The notes under the pieces: model-generated
Databases searched by the model: none
What the model was told of the DNA's origin: nothing
The model's input: the letters and a program-made list of their open reading frames with translations, nothing else
Part shown: piece by piece, positions 1 through 10,559 of the stretch
Numbering within the stretch: position 1 is the first letter of the stretch
Layout of the letters: each line of letters begins with the position of its first letter
Made by a program: the position numbers and the translations under genes
Source of the DNA: Guillardia theta CCMP2712
Lineage: Eukaryota; Protista; Cryptophyta
Length of the DNA: 64,000 bases
NCBI RefSeq assembly: GCF_000315625.1
Contig: NW_005434665.1
Coordinates: 679,220-743,219, forward strand
Reading direction: 5' to 3'

Positions 1-3000
1 CATTGTCGACTTTCTTGAGACCTGTGATTCAAGATCGACTTCATAAACCAATGTTGGAAAAAAACTTGGCCATTCAATTCCACATTCTCAACAAATGAAA
101 GCAGCATTTTCTTCCCCCGTCGCCACCCTTCTTCTGAAAAACTCAATTTCTGTTTGATCAAGGATACCCAATCATCGATTTGCGATAAGTCCCAACAATG
201 AATGACGCAATCAAGAAGAATTCGCAATGCAAGGCTAACGGAGCTTCTGTCCGCCTCTCCTTTGTTTGCAAATCTGCACAATTTCTTCGCAAAGCTGAGG
301 TAATCAATGTCGAATATTTGTTTGTCTCTGTAAAATCTGATGTTCTCTTCCCACACATTTTGAAGAATTTCAAGCGGAATGGGTACAGATACACCATGCT
401 TCGTCATACACTTTTTTCGTTGATCATCCGTTGTCATAGACCTTTTCTCGTAAAAAAGCATGTATGCGCTGTACGTACGTGAGACCAGCTTAGTATGTGA
501 CCGCGAAGAGTCCATCGGATCAAGTTGCTGTATGCATTCACTACCACCATAGCATGCAGGACCGATGTCCTTTTCATCAAACAACTCGACATTAGTATCA
601 TTGAACAAATACCACTTTGCGGAATCATTGTCTCCGTCGAGGGAAACTGGTTTTCTTTCCTTGATGTAGCTGTAGTAATGTCCCGAGTCAGCTGTACCAG
701 TGTGTACCAAAACTCCTACCAAGTCATAAAGCGATTCATCATCCCCTTCCATCTCTTCAATTGCTTTAATTGGATCATTCCCATTCTTTAGAGCATCAGC
801 AGCAACCTTTTCCCGCCTTTCAATCCCCTGTATGGTATATGGATCCATCTCTAGAGTAAGAGGGAATTCACAACAGTCGTTCACCTTGACTTTTTTCATA
901 AAGTCAAGATCAAACTCAAAACGTTTCAAATGCAATATCAGGGTATTGGGAAGCTCCTTGATACAAATTCGCTTCACAGCGTCTACTTTTCGATTTGCGG
1001 CTTCGCACAAGTACTTGTTATCGCCTTCCAGAGCTTCGCCTTCCACATACAAATTCAAAGATTCGAGAATACTCCTTTTATGCTTTACCTCCAATTGTAA
1101 AGTATAGAAACTTTCTTCCCTCTCTGATTTGTAGGGATTGTCCCCGCCATACTCAATATCTCCAACTTTCACATTTTCTTTGCAGATGATTTGATGCACA
1201 ATTTTGCCGCCGAAGCAATCTCGAAGCAAGTTCTTCTGAGGAGTTTTCTTCAAAGATTCCTCCATTTTTTCGAATAACATATTTAGATACTCATCTACAT
1301 CCATTTGTTGGGTGATATTCAAAGGTTGACCATCATAATCTGTAAAAACCTGACAAAATTCCCAAGTATCATAAAACTGCTTATCACTTTCTTGCAAAAA
1401 GCTGAAAAGACATTGCAGCTGATACATCAGACCATTGAACTGCCCTGTATTCGTATCAACTTGCAACAAATTTCGTCGAAACTCTGGGACATAAAAGAGC
1501 TGTTGAATCAACGAATTCATATAACAGGTTGCACCAAGGTTCCTGAGCCCAACATATCCACATGGAGCTTTGTCAAGTTGCCAAGGGCGATATAAGTACA
1601 AAGAACGGAACTCTCGCCTGTCATGCAGCTTCAGCAAGCAATTGAGCACATCGTTTTGATTATTTTGACAATCTTCAACCATTGCACTGAGCAGGTCAAA
1701 TGCTGTTTCACGGGTTCTTGGAGTCTTGCACTTGGGTGGGCTAACAAGCTTCCTATCTTCCACTGCAGGCAAATCAAACAAGCAATCGAATATGAGATAC
1801 TTGATAAAATCATTCGAGGCGGGAGATTTGAATACAGTATTCTTCAAGTGAGGAGTAAGCTTGATAATTGATTTCAAGGTTATCATGTATCCCTGCAACA
1901 CAATATCCTCTTCCTTTGAATATCTTGTTTCTTTGATCTCGCTGGTCCTGATGCAGTTTACAATCTCCTTTACAGCAATGTCAAAAAAAGGATTGAGTGC
2001 AGTAACCCAGTCTTCACTGCGAGGGAGAAGTCCATTCAAGAGCTCAAAATAGTCGCTGCACGTTGTTGGATATTCCTTTACAGTATGAATAATTTCGAGC
2101 AAATTTTTCATGAAGAAAAAGTGCGGATGGATACAAGATTGATTATCCGAAGGCTCTTCCAGATTCATAGGATCCTTACTCCAAGCTTCAGAATTAATTG
2201 AGCAACCTCGCATAATTTCCGCAACAATTGATTGTCGGACGTTGTCACATGAGGTCGCAAGCAGAGTATCTTTCATCCATACTCCGAAATTCTTATATGT
2301 ATACAAATAGCGTACGCAAAGCGGTATTCGAATAAAAATTGATACGAGCAACTTCATAGCAATGATAGCAACAGTTTCTAATCCCTTTACAACACAAACA
2401 CTTTTGCAGGATGACTGGGTGTCTGGACTGACTGTAGATGAAGGTACAAGGTTTAAGAGCTCATGAATAAATTTTTCCAATTTTGTCTCGTCTTTCAAAT
2501 GCTCCTGAACATTCGAAGCTGTCATTGTTTCCTCACTTTCGATCATAATCATGTGTAAAACCTTCAGAAGCTTGGCCAGACAAGCGTGACTTTGACTTGA
2601 GTTTATGGTACACAATTTCTGTGAGAGCAGCATTTCCAGCAATTCTTTCAACCCCCCCGCGCTCAAGAACTTTGTTCTCCAGCCTTGCTTGCTTCCACAT
2701 TCATCGTCATCTAACAGTATTTCAACAATTTGTAATGCATAGAGTTGGCTGTACAATCCATCTGGTGATAATAGTTTTTTCAAGCAGGGACCAAGGTCCC
2801 TTATACTCAGTAAAAAGTTTTCGTTAGTTGGAAGCAACATTAACAATTCCCATACTTGTCCTGCAATTACTTCTGGCAATTTCAAAAATTCAAAAAGTTC
2901 ATCGAAAAAATCTTGTGCCAAAATATCATGCGGAGTCCTTATATCATTCATCATGTCGTAGAATTCAATCATTGAAGGGAGTGAAGCGTCCATCTTGGGA

Positions 3001-6000
3001 TCCCTGCAGTCAGCCCTTTTTACCCAGTGTACTGTGTCACCATCACCAATCCTTACATCAGAAATTGATCTGCCATCTTCCTTTAATTCCTTACCATGTG
3101 CAAACAAGCGAAGAGTGCGGCTGTCTTCCCCAACTTGCTTCGCAACCATTTCTCGGAGAATGGCAATCGTGAGGTTACGGTCGAACTGCAGGCACAGACA
3201 TTCATCTGTCGCCTGTGCCAAAGGTCGAATTCTGAGATTGACCCACTCGCTTCGAATTGTCCTACCATGCTTTCGCAGGAAAAGGTCTGGGTGCAATGCA
3301 CCTGTTGTCAATTCAAAGCTCTTCAGATAGTGCTTCAAAATCAAAAGGCATCGACTGATCCTCTTGAAATATATTTGATTTTTGTCAATAGCTCGCTTCT
3401 CACACTTTTTTGCTGCACCGCGCATGTGTTTCATACATGTCGAAATGTGTTCTTGCCTTTTTGCCAATACTATCTTCTCGAAATTATCTATCTGGGGCGA
3501 CACATGCTGATACAGACCATTGAGAAATGATATGGCTCTCAATGCCACAGACTCATCTGCCACACCAATTGCTACATCCCACAAATTGGAAATCCCCATA
3601 ATAGAATCGCTCGATACCACCAATTTTGGTTCACGTCCAAATTCACCTTCCAGAATACCCTCACTTCTGTTGAGAAGTGTCATGGCTTGACGAAAAAGGC
3701 TGAAAGATACTTCTGTCATATCTGCCGGATCCATAGTACAAATCAATTGGAACAAGAAGTGCAGATTAGGTAATATTGCTTTGGCAGTCCATTGACTGGT
3801 CAACAATCTTTCAAACCATCCAAAAGAAATCTCCCTCTGTCTCTCATCAATTCCTACTCTCAGAAGTGATTCCCAAAGTTTGTTCAAATGATCTGTTGTC
3901 AGCAACGATCCCTGCATCTCGAGCACAGTTGATATGAAATTCAATCTTCTTTGGAGTTGTTCCTGACGATGTAAGATCTGATTTATTCGTGGGGTGCTGG
4001 ATTGAGAATCGCAACTCCTGTTAAAGCCATTTCCCCTAGGTGTTCTTGGGGTACTAGGTAACCCTTCATCGAATTGCAAGACATTATTTCGAAAATATTG
4101 AAGGTCATCAAGAACCAGATCAAGGATCTCTTTCTCATCTTTCACGCATCCAAAGGTCGACCAGTCTACGTCTGGTTTTTTCCTCTTACTTGCTAAACTT
4201 TGAAACAAGTTATTCATCACAACAAGGCTCTGTGCGACAGATTTGTGTTCTTTCAAGTTGATAATACACCGTTTAAAATATTCTGATCGTATTGACCTGC
4301 ATTCATGTTGATCAAGCAATTTTGCAAAGCATTGTAGACAAAGATTTTGTATTTCAAGCTGGGATAGGCGGAATTCGTCTTGCAACACTTCCCACATAAC
4401 ATTGATTCCAGCAAATTTGATAGAGTCATCTATTTCACCTCGATTACTAAGCATTAAGAAGCACTGGGCCAAGCTGTTGATGAGCTGAACGTGATGAATT
4501 GTGAAACTCGAAACTGGTTGTTGACCAATCAAATGTAGCAATTTTTGAAGAGCATCAGGAGTATGTAGTAAACGAATGACTTTGCCAAGAAGTTCATGGA
4601 TCATTTTGGAAATGGATTCGTGCTGTCCAACGGAAGCATCCCACATCAACTGCACCTCTTGCTTTCCTATCCGATTACACTGAGCTAGGAATAGCAAGAT
4701 CTTACTGCATCTTTTCAGAATTTCAGTGTGGACATTCCTTATGAAAATTTCTTCCAGAATGCGATTTGATGTTAGCCAATCACACATGAAGTCAGCCGTT
4801 ATCCAAACAGACGGCAAGTCATCAACTGACATGTCATCTGGGCGACTGCAAGATCTAGCACTTAAATATTCCACGAATTCGTTGATCTCACCCAGCCCAA
4901 CCAGCCTCCTTTCCAGATAAGGAGATTTTAAGCCTTTAAGTGCAAGATCCAATCGAAATCTATCAACAACCTCCGATGAATCTCCATTCGATGTGATCTT
5001 GTATAAAGTACACAGGATTAACACAATGTCATTCAAAAACTGTGTCTCTGCTTTGACGTCTTCATCTGGAAAATTCAAAATAATTTCCTTCAATTTTGAA
5101 AATATCTTCATGAACCAATCCAAGAAGTCCTTTGTCAAGAATTCCTTAATGCTGAACAGCGGAGACAGCAAAGTCCTTATTCTACCGATTCTTGTACATA
5201 CATCATGCTGCAACAGTGCCTGCTTCAGTTTCCGAAACCCCCCGTTCCGACCAAAGGCATTGATGTTGTGTATGAAACGGCCTTCTACATTGTGTGCTCG
5301 CCCTCGCCTATTCCTTGTTTGACCTTCAGGAGAAGCCATCAGAACACAGAAATACAGCACAAAATATGACAAAAGATGAACAAAGAATTCTTACCTATTT
5401 CGGCGTATATTGCTTCCCGCATTTTGGCTTCATCCTCAAAAGCTTCTACCCCAGTTGGAGCACCATAGCCAGATATTTCTTCATGTACATCTCCGGAACT
5501 GTAGATCGATTAATAAAGCGTAGTTGCACTTCAAGACCATACCTATTCACATAAAATGGTTGATTTCTCTCCATAAAAATTTCATCCAAGATGATATGGA
5601 GCGGTTCAATTCCACATGTCAGCGTTCTCGCTATAAATATTAATGTGTGTCTGAGAAATCTAAATGCTCTATCTTCCATTTCTTCATCCAAATCCCTGAT
5701 TCGGACAGAAAATTTCAGCAATACCCCCAGTTTTACAGGGACATCTCACCCTCGCTTGAGGATGCACATAACAATCTTCGGAAGTGTCGAAGAAGCAAAC
5801 TGCATGCCCACAACATTATCGGATACCAAGTCTTCAGGATTCAAAAATTCCATGTAATCTTCCACGGCTGCTAACGCATTGCTGGGGTCGTCTGCTATCA
5901 AAGTGGAATCAGAATCCTTACAAATCGGTGTGGAATGCAAGAAACCAACCTGAACGAATAGCACTTTCGACCGCCTGTAAGTCTGCCAAAGACAAAATAG

Positions 6001-6130
6001 ACATTTTGCTTCAAGGTTTACAATATCTGTGGATACTTCCTGGATTTTCACACACTCTCTCCTTCTTTCGATAATTCGCGCTCTAATCTTCTATTCTCTT
6101 GAATTGAACACAGCAAAAAAGCATCTCCAT
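1..6130 (-). CDS. Ubiquitin carboxyl-terminal hydrolase, USP9X/USP24/USP34 (fat-facets-like) family; 3' end lies outside the window
   Basis: Hand translation of the minus strand gives the Cys-box GYVGLRNLGATCYMNSLIQQLF (~1495-1560) and His-box GVLVHTGTADSGHYYSYIKER (~655-720) in the same frame. It also gives LPNTLILHLKRFEFD, an internal UBL (RLFAHGKELKEDGRSISDVRIGDGDTVHWV, ~3020-3115) and RLDLALKGLKSPYLERRLVGLGEI (~4885-4955). The main frame is missing from the ORF track, consistent with no stop before position 1. 5' exons correspond to ORFs 5446-5721 and 5746-6051; start approximate. Confidence 0.93.
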
Positions 6131-7557
6131 GTGATTCCTGACAGGCTTGGCTAATACAGACGTCAAATTGCTTGCAGATAGCTCCGTTCAGTGCAATCAA
6201 CCCTCAAACGTAGAATTTCCCGAAATTCTTTTCAACACACGGAACTGCAAACAAAACCTTCGATTGTGAGATGACCTGAACCAACCCTCTTTGCCTGCAG
6301 GTGACTGAAACTTCCCTTAAATCACACGAGCACGCCGCAATCACTCAGCATCAAGCCCCCTGCACCTCCTGATTGCAGCATATCTCCCCAGACTTCCCGC
6401 CACTGCCACAAACCATGACCGAAGCTCAAGCGCGGCAACCCGGTGCTACCACCACCCCTGCTACCATCACCCCCCTTCCTAGCCTGTACCCTTTCTGTTT
6501 CTCACAGCCTTCTGTGAGTCACCGGTTAGGTTGATAGTCCAACCTGGGGTACATTGCCAACAAAGTTGTACCCCTACCATATCCATGGGAATACCCTACC
6601 TTATTCCAAGCTTCTTGCATTAACCTCACCCCTTCCTAGCTCTGCCATGTGGGGTCATAGCCCACCCCCACCCACCAGTTCTACTTTTTCTCAACCCCAA
6701 GATCTTTTTATAGTCTAGTATTAGTGGAACCCACCCTCTCATGGATGATCTCCACTACCCATTACCCCCAGATTGTCTGAGGGGCGACAGGAAAAATCAT
6801 GAGGGTTGGGGTACCCTACCCCACTCTTAGTGCCATTTTGAAGAACATATTTATTTAAAATCACCCCCACCCCTCCAAACTGTACCAATGGTACAGTATT
6901 GTAGGAGAAGGACGGGGTACGAGCTTTCTGCAGGGGTTGGTGGTCTGTCTGTTCTATTTGTACCAAGATCAGAATGCTATAGTATCAAAGCTATAGTACT
7001 CTAACATGGTACGAATCTAAAACTTTTGTAAACGTATATTTATACATTCTTTTATAGCTCATCCCTTGGACTCTTTACTAGAATTGTTTACTTATCATGA
7101 GGTCATTAGCACTTTTCGTATCACGCAAGCTTTGTCGCAGTACGGTTCCATCAGGTACTACCGTAATACCGCATCGAAATGCTGGTACACTTCTTACATA
7201 CCTGGGTCTTTGAGTTCTTTCACATTTGCTACCAAATGATAGCATGTCAACCATGAACAGTATTCTCTATCTAAAAAAATATTGTTGTAACTAAAATATT
7301 TTAGAAATTTTACTGAGCTGCTAGGAAGTCAGTACTGATTTGTTTTTATTTACAGTACTATGTACTGATCAGCAGTATACAAGGCAACAGTACTTGTCTT
7401 GTAGTGATGGCAGGGCAGCAGTACGGTACTGCCGTAGTGAATGCCATGGCCGGGCCCGGGGCCCTGCAGTCCGGTAGCACTCAGAACCGCAGCACACTGG
7501 TGCTAGCGGGGTGGGCTATGAGGGGATGTGGAACATCGAGTTGAGAGCGGCGCGGCC

Positions 7558-8440
7558 ATGGCAGTGGGGACGATGAGGCTGATGTTAATGGTGGCGTTTC
7601 TGGTGATGACACAAGGAGGGGCTGAGGGAAGAACAGGAGCTTGTATCCCTCTGAAGCACCCACTGCTGAGAACTGCAGGTGTTTTCTTGCCTTCGTCGGC
7701 AGGAGGACGATTGATACTCCGGGGTGGTGGGGAAGATGAGGAGGCGGAAGAGGGAGAGGAGATGGGAGAGGGCGAGGGCGAGGGCGAGGGCGAGGGCGAG
7801 GGCGAGGATGTGAGTGATGGTATCATGACTCTAGAGAAGGCAATCAAGGAGGTATGATTGAAATGTGGCAACGGAAGTATACTCAATTCTCCCTTTCAGG
7901 TTTTGCATTACGCTGACATTCACTCTGGATTGGCACGTGGCTTGAAGGAAGTATGCCAGGTAAATTGATTGTGATTGTGGCTAGGAGAAGAATATTTTTG
8001 TTTCGTGGGTTGATGCAACCTCACGTTGCTTGTTTCAGTCTCTAGAGCGAGGGGACGCTCAGTTGGTGATTCTTGCTGAAGATTGCGACAACGGTTCATG
8101 CAGGGAGGTTTTCCGATTTGCAGCTGACTATTTTCGTTCTTAGATACCTACGTCAAACTTGTGAAAGCTCTGTGCAAAGAGAAGGGCGTCTACTTGATAA
8201 AAGTACCCTCCAAGGCCGACCTAGGAAAGTGGGCAGGGCAGGTGCGGCTCGACGCAGCCGGTGATCCCAAGAAGAGCTGCAGCGCTTCATCCATTTCCAT
8301 CAAGGAATTCGGAGAACAGGTAAAAGTGCTCTTTTCTTGCTGCCTTTTCATGATAGTGAATATACCATCTTCAGTCGGAGGGGCTCTCCTTCTTGTTAGA
8401 GTACATCAAGGAAAACGCGGATACTTTAGATGCCGAGTAG
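7558..8440 (+). CDS. RPS12: 40S ribosomal protein eS12 with N-terminal signal peptide, transit-like peptide, LRGG and acidic GE linker (5 exons)
   Basis: Exons 7558-7851, 7900-7959, 8039-~8094, 8144-8319, 8375-8440, all GT-AG. Spliced product: MTLEKAIKEVLHYADIHSGLARGLKEVCQSLERGDAQLVILAEDCDNDTYVKLVKALCKEKGVYLIKVPSKADLGKWAGQVRLDAAGDPKKSCSASSISIKEFGEQSEGLSFLLEYIK, the eS12/L7Ae signature. Confidence 0.92.
7764..7806 (+). repeat. Coding (GGCGAG)n hexamer repeat encoding a Gly-Glu linker
   Basis: About 7 tandem GGCGAG-like units directly visible in exon 1 of the eS12 gene. Confidence 0.9.
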
Positions 8441-8477
8441 TGTTTCTAAGTTTCGAGAGAGAAAGATTCCATGTAAA

Positions 8478-10301
8478 TCACAATTCATCATTGGGTATTC
8501 TGAAGCCAAATCCCAACACTCTGCGATTGCCTTCAGATAGTGATGAACAACTCTTGTCGTCGCATTCCTCTTCGCAATCTCCCTTCTCGCGCACTTTGTC
8601 CGCTTGAGCAACTATACTTCGATAAGTATCGTGCAGTCTCTCTGTGCAAGCATCCCAGTCTTCTGCGACGGTGCAACTGTCGGAATCCCAAAGAATAGTC
8701 CCTGTCTCCTGATCTTTCAGCGTCCTCGGGGATTTGCAGTATTCCTCCCCCAACAAATTGGCACAAATCTCGACAGCCGAGTCTCTCTTATCATCGATCA
8801 ACAACAATGTTTGATTGCCCGCTGTCAACTGCGATGCGCAGACCCTAACGCCGAGCTCGCTCACGCCATTCTGATGGTTGAACGTTAGTGTCATCTGATG
8901 CCCATAGTAGCGGAACCCCTCGAACAGATCGTCCATGGAGACGTACGTCGGCCTGTGTCCATGAAGGAAGGAATTAAGGTAGAAGGCTGCCATCCCGAAG
9001 TTGGAGCTGAAGGTGAAGATCAGGTAGTCACACTCTCCGAGCAGCGCGAGATCAGTATGCACATACTCCATGGGTAGAGCACCTTCCACCTTGGGCTGAG
9101 TGATGATCCGAAACTCCTTTCCGTACTCTGAGATCATCTTTGTCACGGCACTCTTCCGATCAGAACATACGAAGATTGTCCCAACACCCCCAAAGAGCTT
9201 GCGGATGCGCCTAGCCTCGTGAATGTAGTACTTGGTCGGGAAGCGCTGTGCTTCTCGGTTCTTATCCACCCCGAGCCTCATGTGGATGCCGATGATAGGA
9301 TGCTCCCATCCCATGAGCTTCTTTTGAGCTTCGATGAAGCTCCCCAACTTTGGTTTTGGCCGATGGAGGTAATGCGTCGTCTCAGTCCACCACCAGAACA
9401 GATTGGGAGGTTCAGGGAGGAGCTTCATGGCGACTTCAGGCATCTCGAAGATGCGCTCTCGATTCTCAACTCCCCAGAGATCCCCGGAGACCCGCACGTT
9501 GGATATGGAGATGTCATTCATATCCACTCCAGGCAGGGCCCGCACGCTTTCGAGGACATTGGAGGAGGATGCACACCAGGATAGCTCTTGGAGGGAGCCA
9601 AGCTCACCCCATGGAGAACCTTGATTGCTCTCTGTCAGGTTGAAGCGCCACTTCAACTCAGAGTTGACCAGGTTGTTCTCCCAGTCAGGATTCCCTACAA
9701 CGACACGCTGTGTTTGTAGACCGAGAGACATCGCTACGCGCAACCCAAGCAGCTGTGCACCGAAACCAACGATACCCCAGGGCTCCCATATCAAGAAGGG
9801 CATCGAACGACATGAAGTTTGGGGTGGATGCTGATGGTTGTAGAGCATTTCTTGCACCTTGGGAGAATATCGTGCGAAGTCCATGGAGGGATCGATGGGG
9901 AGCTCTTCGCTGCGAATCCCAACCGCTCCTTCAGGGATGGGGATGATGCTCTCAGGAGCTTGCAGCCTCGTGATCTCGAAGGCGGTGTAGTGATCAAGCA
10001 ACCCCGGCTTGCCTGTGTCATCCAACACTTGCAAAAGAAGATGATGAAGCCCTGCTGGCAGCCCTGGCACGCCAACTCTGACGTGAACTTCCCGTGTGCG
10101 CATGATTTCGTTTCCGTTGATGGCAATCAAGACCTGATACCCTGCGAAGTGACCATGTAGATTGTACTCAAAGTAGGCATCAGCATGGTCGAAGATTTCT
10201 CCCTCGTACGGCGTTAGCACCTCAAAGTGGCTCTCTGATCTTGCAAGACATGCGGCGAAGAGGATGGAGAGCGAAAGAAGGTCAGCTCTGACCTGTCCCA
10301 T
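8478..10301 (-). CDS. Alpha-1,6-fucosyltransferase-like glycosyltransferase (GT23/FUT8-like), secreted or Golgi, intronless
   Basis: Signal peptide MGQVRADLLSLSILFAACLARS. GT23 motifs GFGAQLLGL, PIIGIHMRLGVDKNREA, IFVCSD and DLALLGECDYLIFTFSSNFG. N-terminal Ig-like beta region. Confidence 0.8.
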   Translation of the reverse strand: MGQVRADLLSLSILFAACLARSESHFEVLTPYEGEIFDHADAYFEYNLHGHFAGYQVLIAINGNEIMRTREVHVRVGVPGLPAGLHHLLLQVLDDTGKPGLLDHYTAFEITRLQAPESIIPIPEGAVGIRSEELPIDPSMDFARYSPKVQEMLYNHQHPPQTSCRSMPFLIWEPWGIVGFGAQLLGLRVAMSLGLQTQRVVVGNPDWENNLVNSELKWRFNLTESNQGSPWGELGSLQELSWCASSSNVLESVRALPGVDMNDISISNVRVSGDLWGVENRERIFEMPEVAMKLLPEPPNLFWWWTETTHYLHRPKPKLGSFIEAQKKLMGWEHPIIGIHMRLGVDKNREAQRFPTKYYIHEARRIRKLFGGVGTIFVCSDRKSAVTKMISEYGKEFRIITQPKVEGALPMEYVHTDLALLGECDYLIFTFSSNFGMAAFYLNSFLHGHRPTYVSMDDLFEGFRYYGHQMTLTFNHQNGVSELGVRVCASQLTAGNQTLLLIDDKRDSAVEICANLLGEEYCKSPRTLKDQETGTILWDSDSCTVAEDWDACTERLHDTYRSIVAQADKVREKGDCEEECDDKSCSSLSEGNRRVLGFGFRIPNDEL

Positions 10302-10471
10302 GACAGGAGGAGAAGGAGGTCTGACGGAGAACAAGCTGCACAGGTGGTTGAAGTGGAGGAGGGACACCCATGAATGTTGGTGAAATCAGAGGGAGCCATA
10401 GGGGTGGGGTAGTGCCATTTGTGTCTGGACGAATGGAAATGTGACTGGGTGGCGGGATGAAACACGATGCT

Positions 10472-10536
10472 GAGGAGGAAGAGGTAGGGAACGAGGGGAG
10501 GAGGAAGAGGTAGGGAACGAGGGGAGGAGGAAGAGG
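10472..10536. repeat. 26-bp tandem repeat, ~2.5 copies (GAGGAAGAGGTAGGGAACGAGGGGAG)
   Basis: Directly visible upstream of the GT23 gene. Confidence 0.85.
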
Positions 10537-10559
10537 CAAGCATTGATACGATGAACAAA

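Noticed and set aside
158-5560. Short plus-strand ORFs in the first 5.5 kb
   Set aside because: Antisense to the long USP reading frame on the minus strand.
1-8440. Deubiquitinase gene head-to-head with the LRGG-bearing eS12 gene as a functional protease-substrate pair
   Set aside because: USP9X/24/34-type enzymes are host cytosolic or nuclear, and no signal peptide was seen. Eukaryotic gene adjacency is weak evidence.
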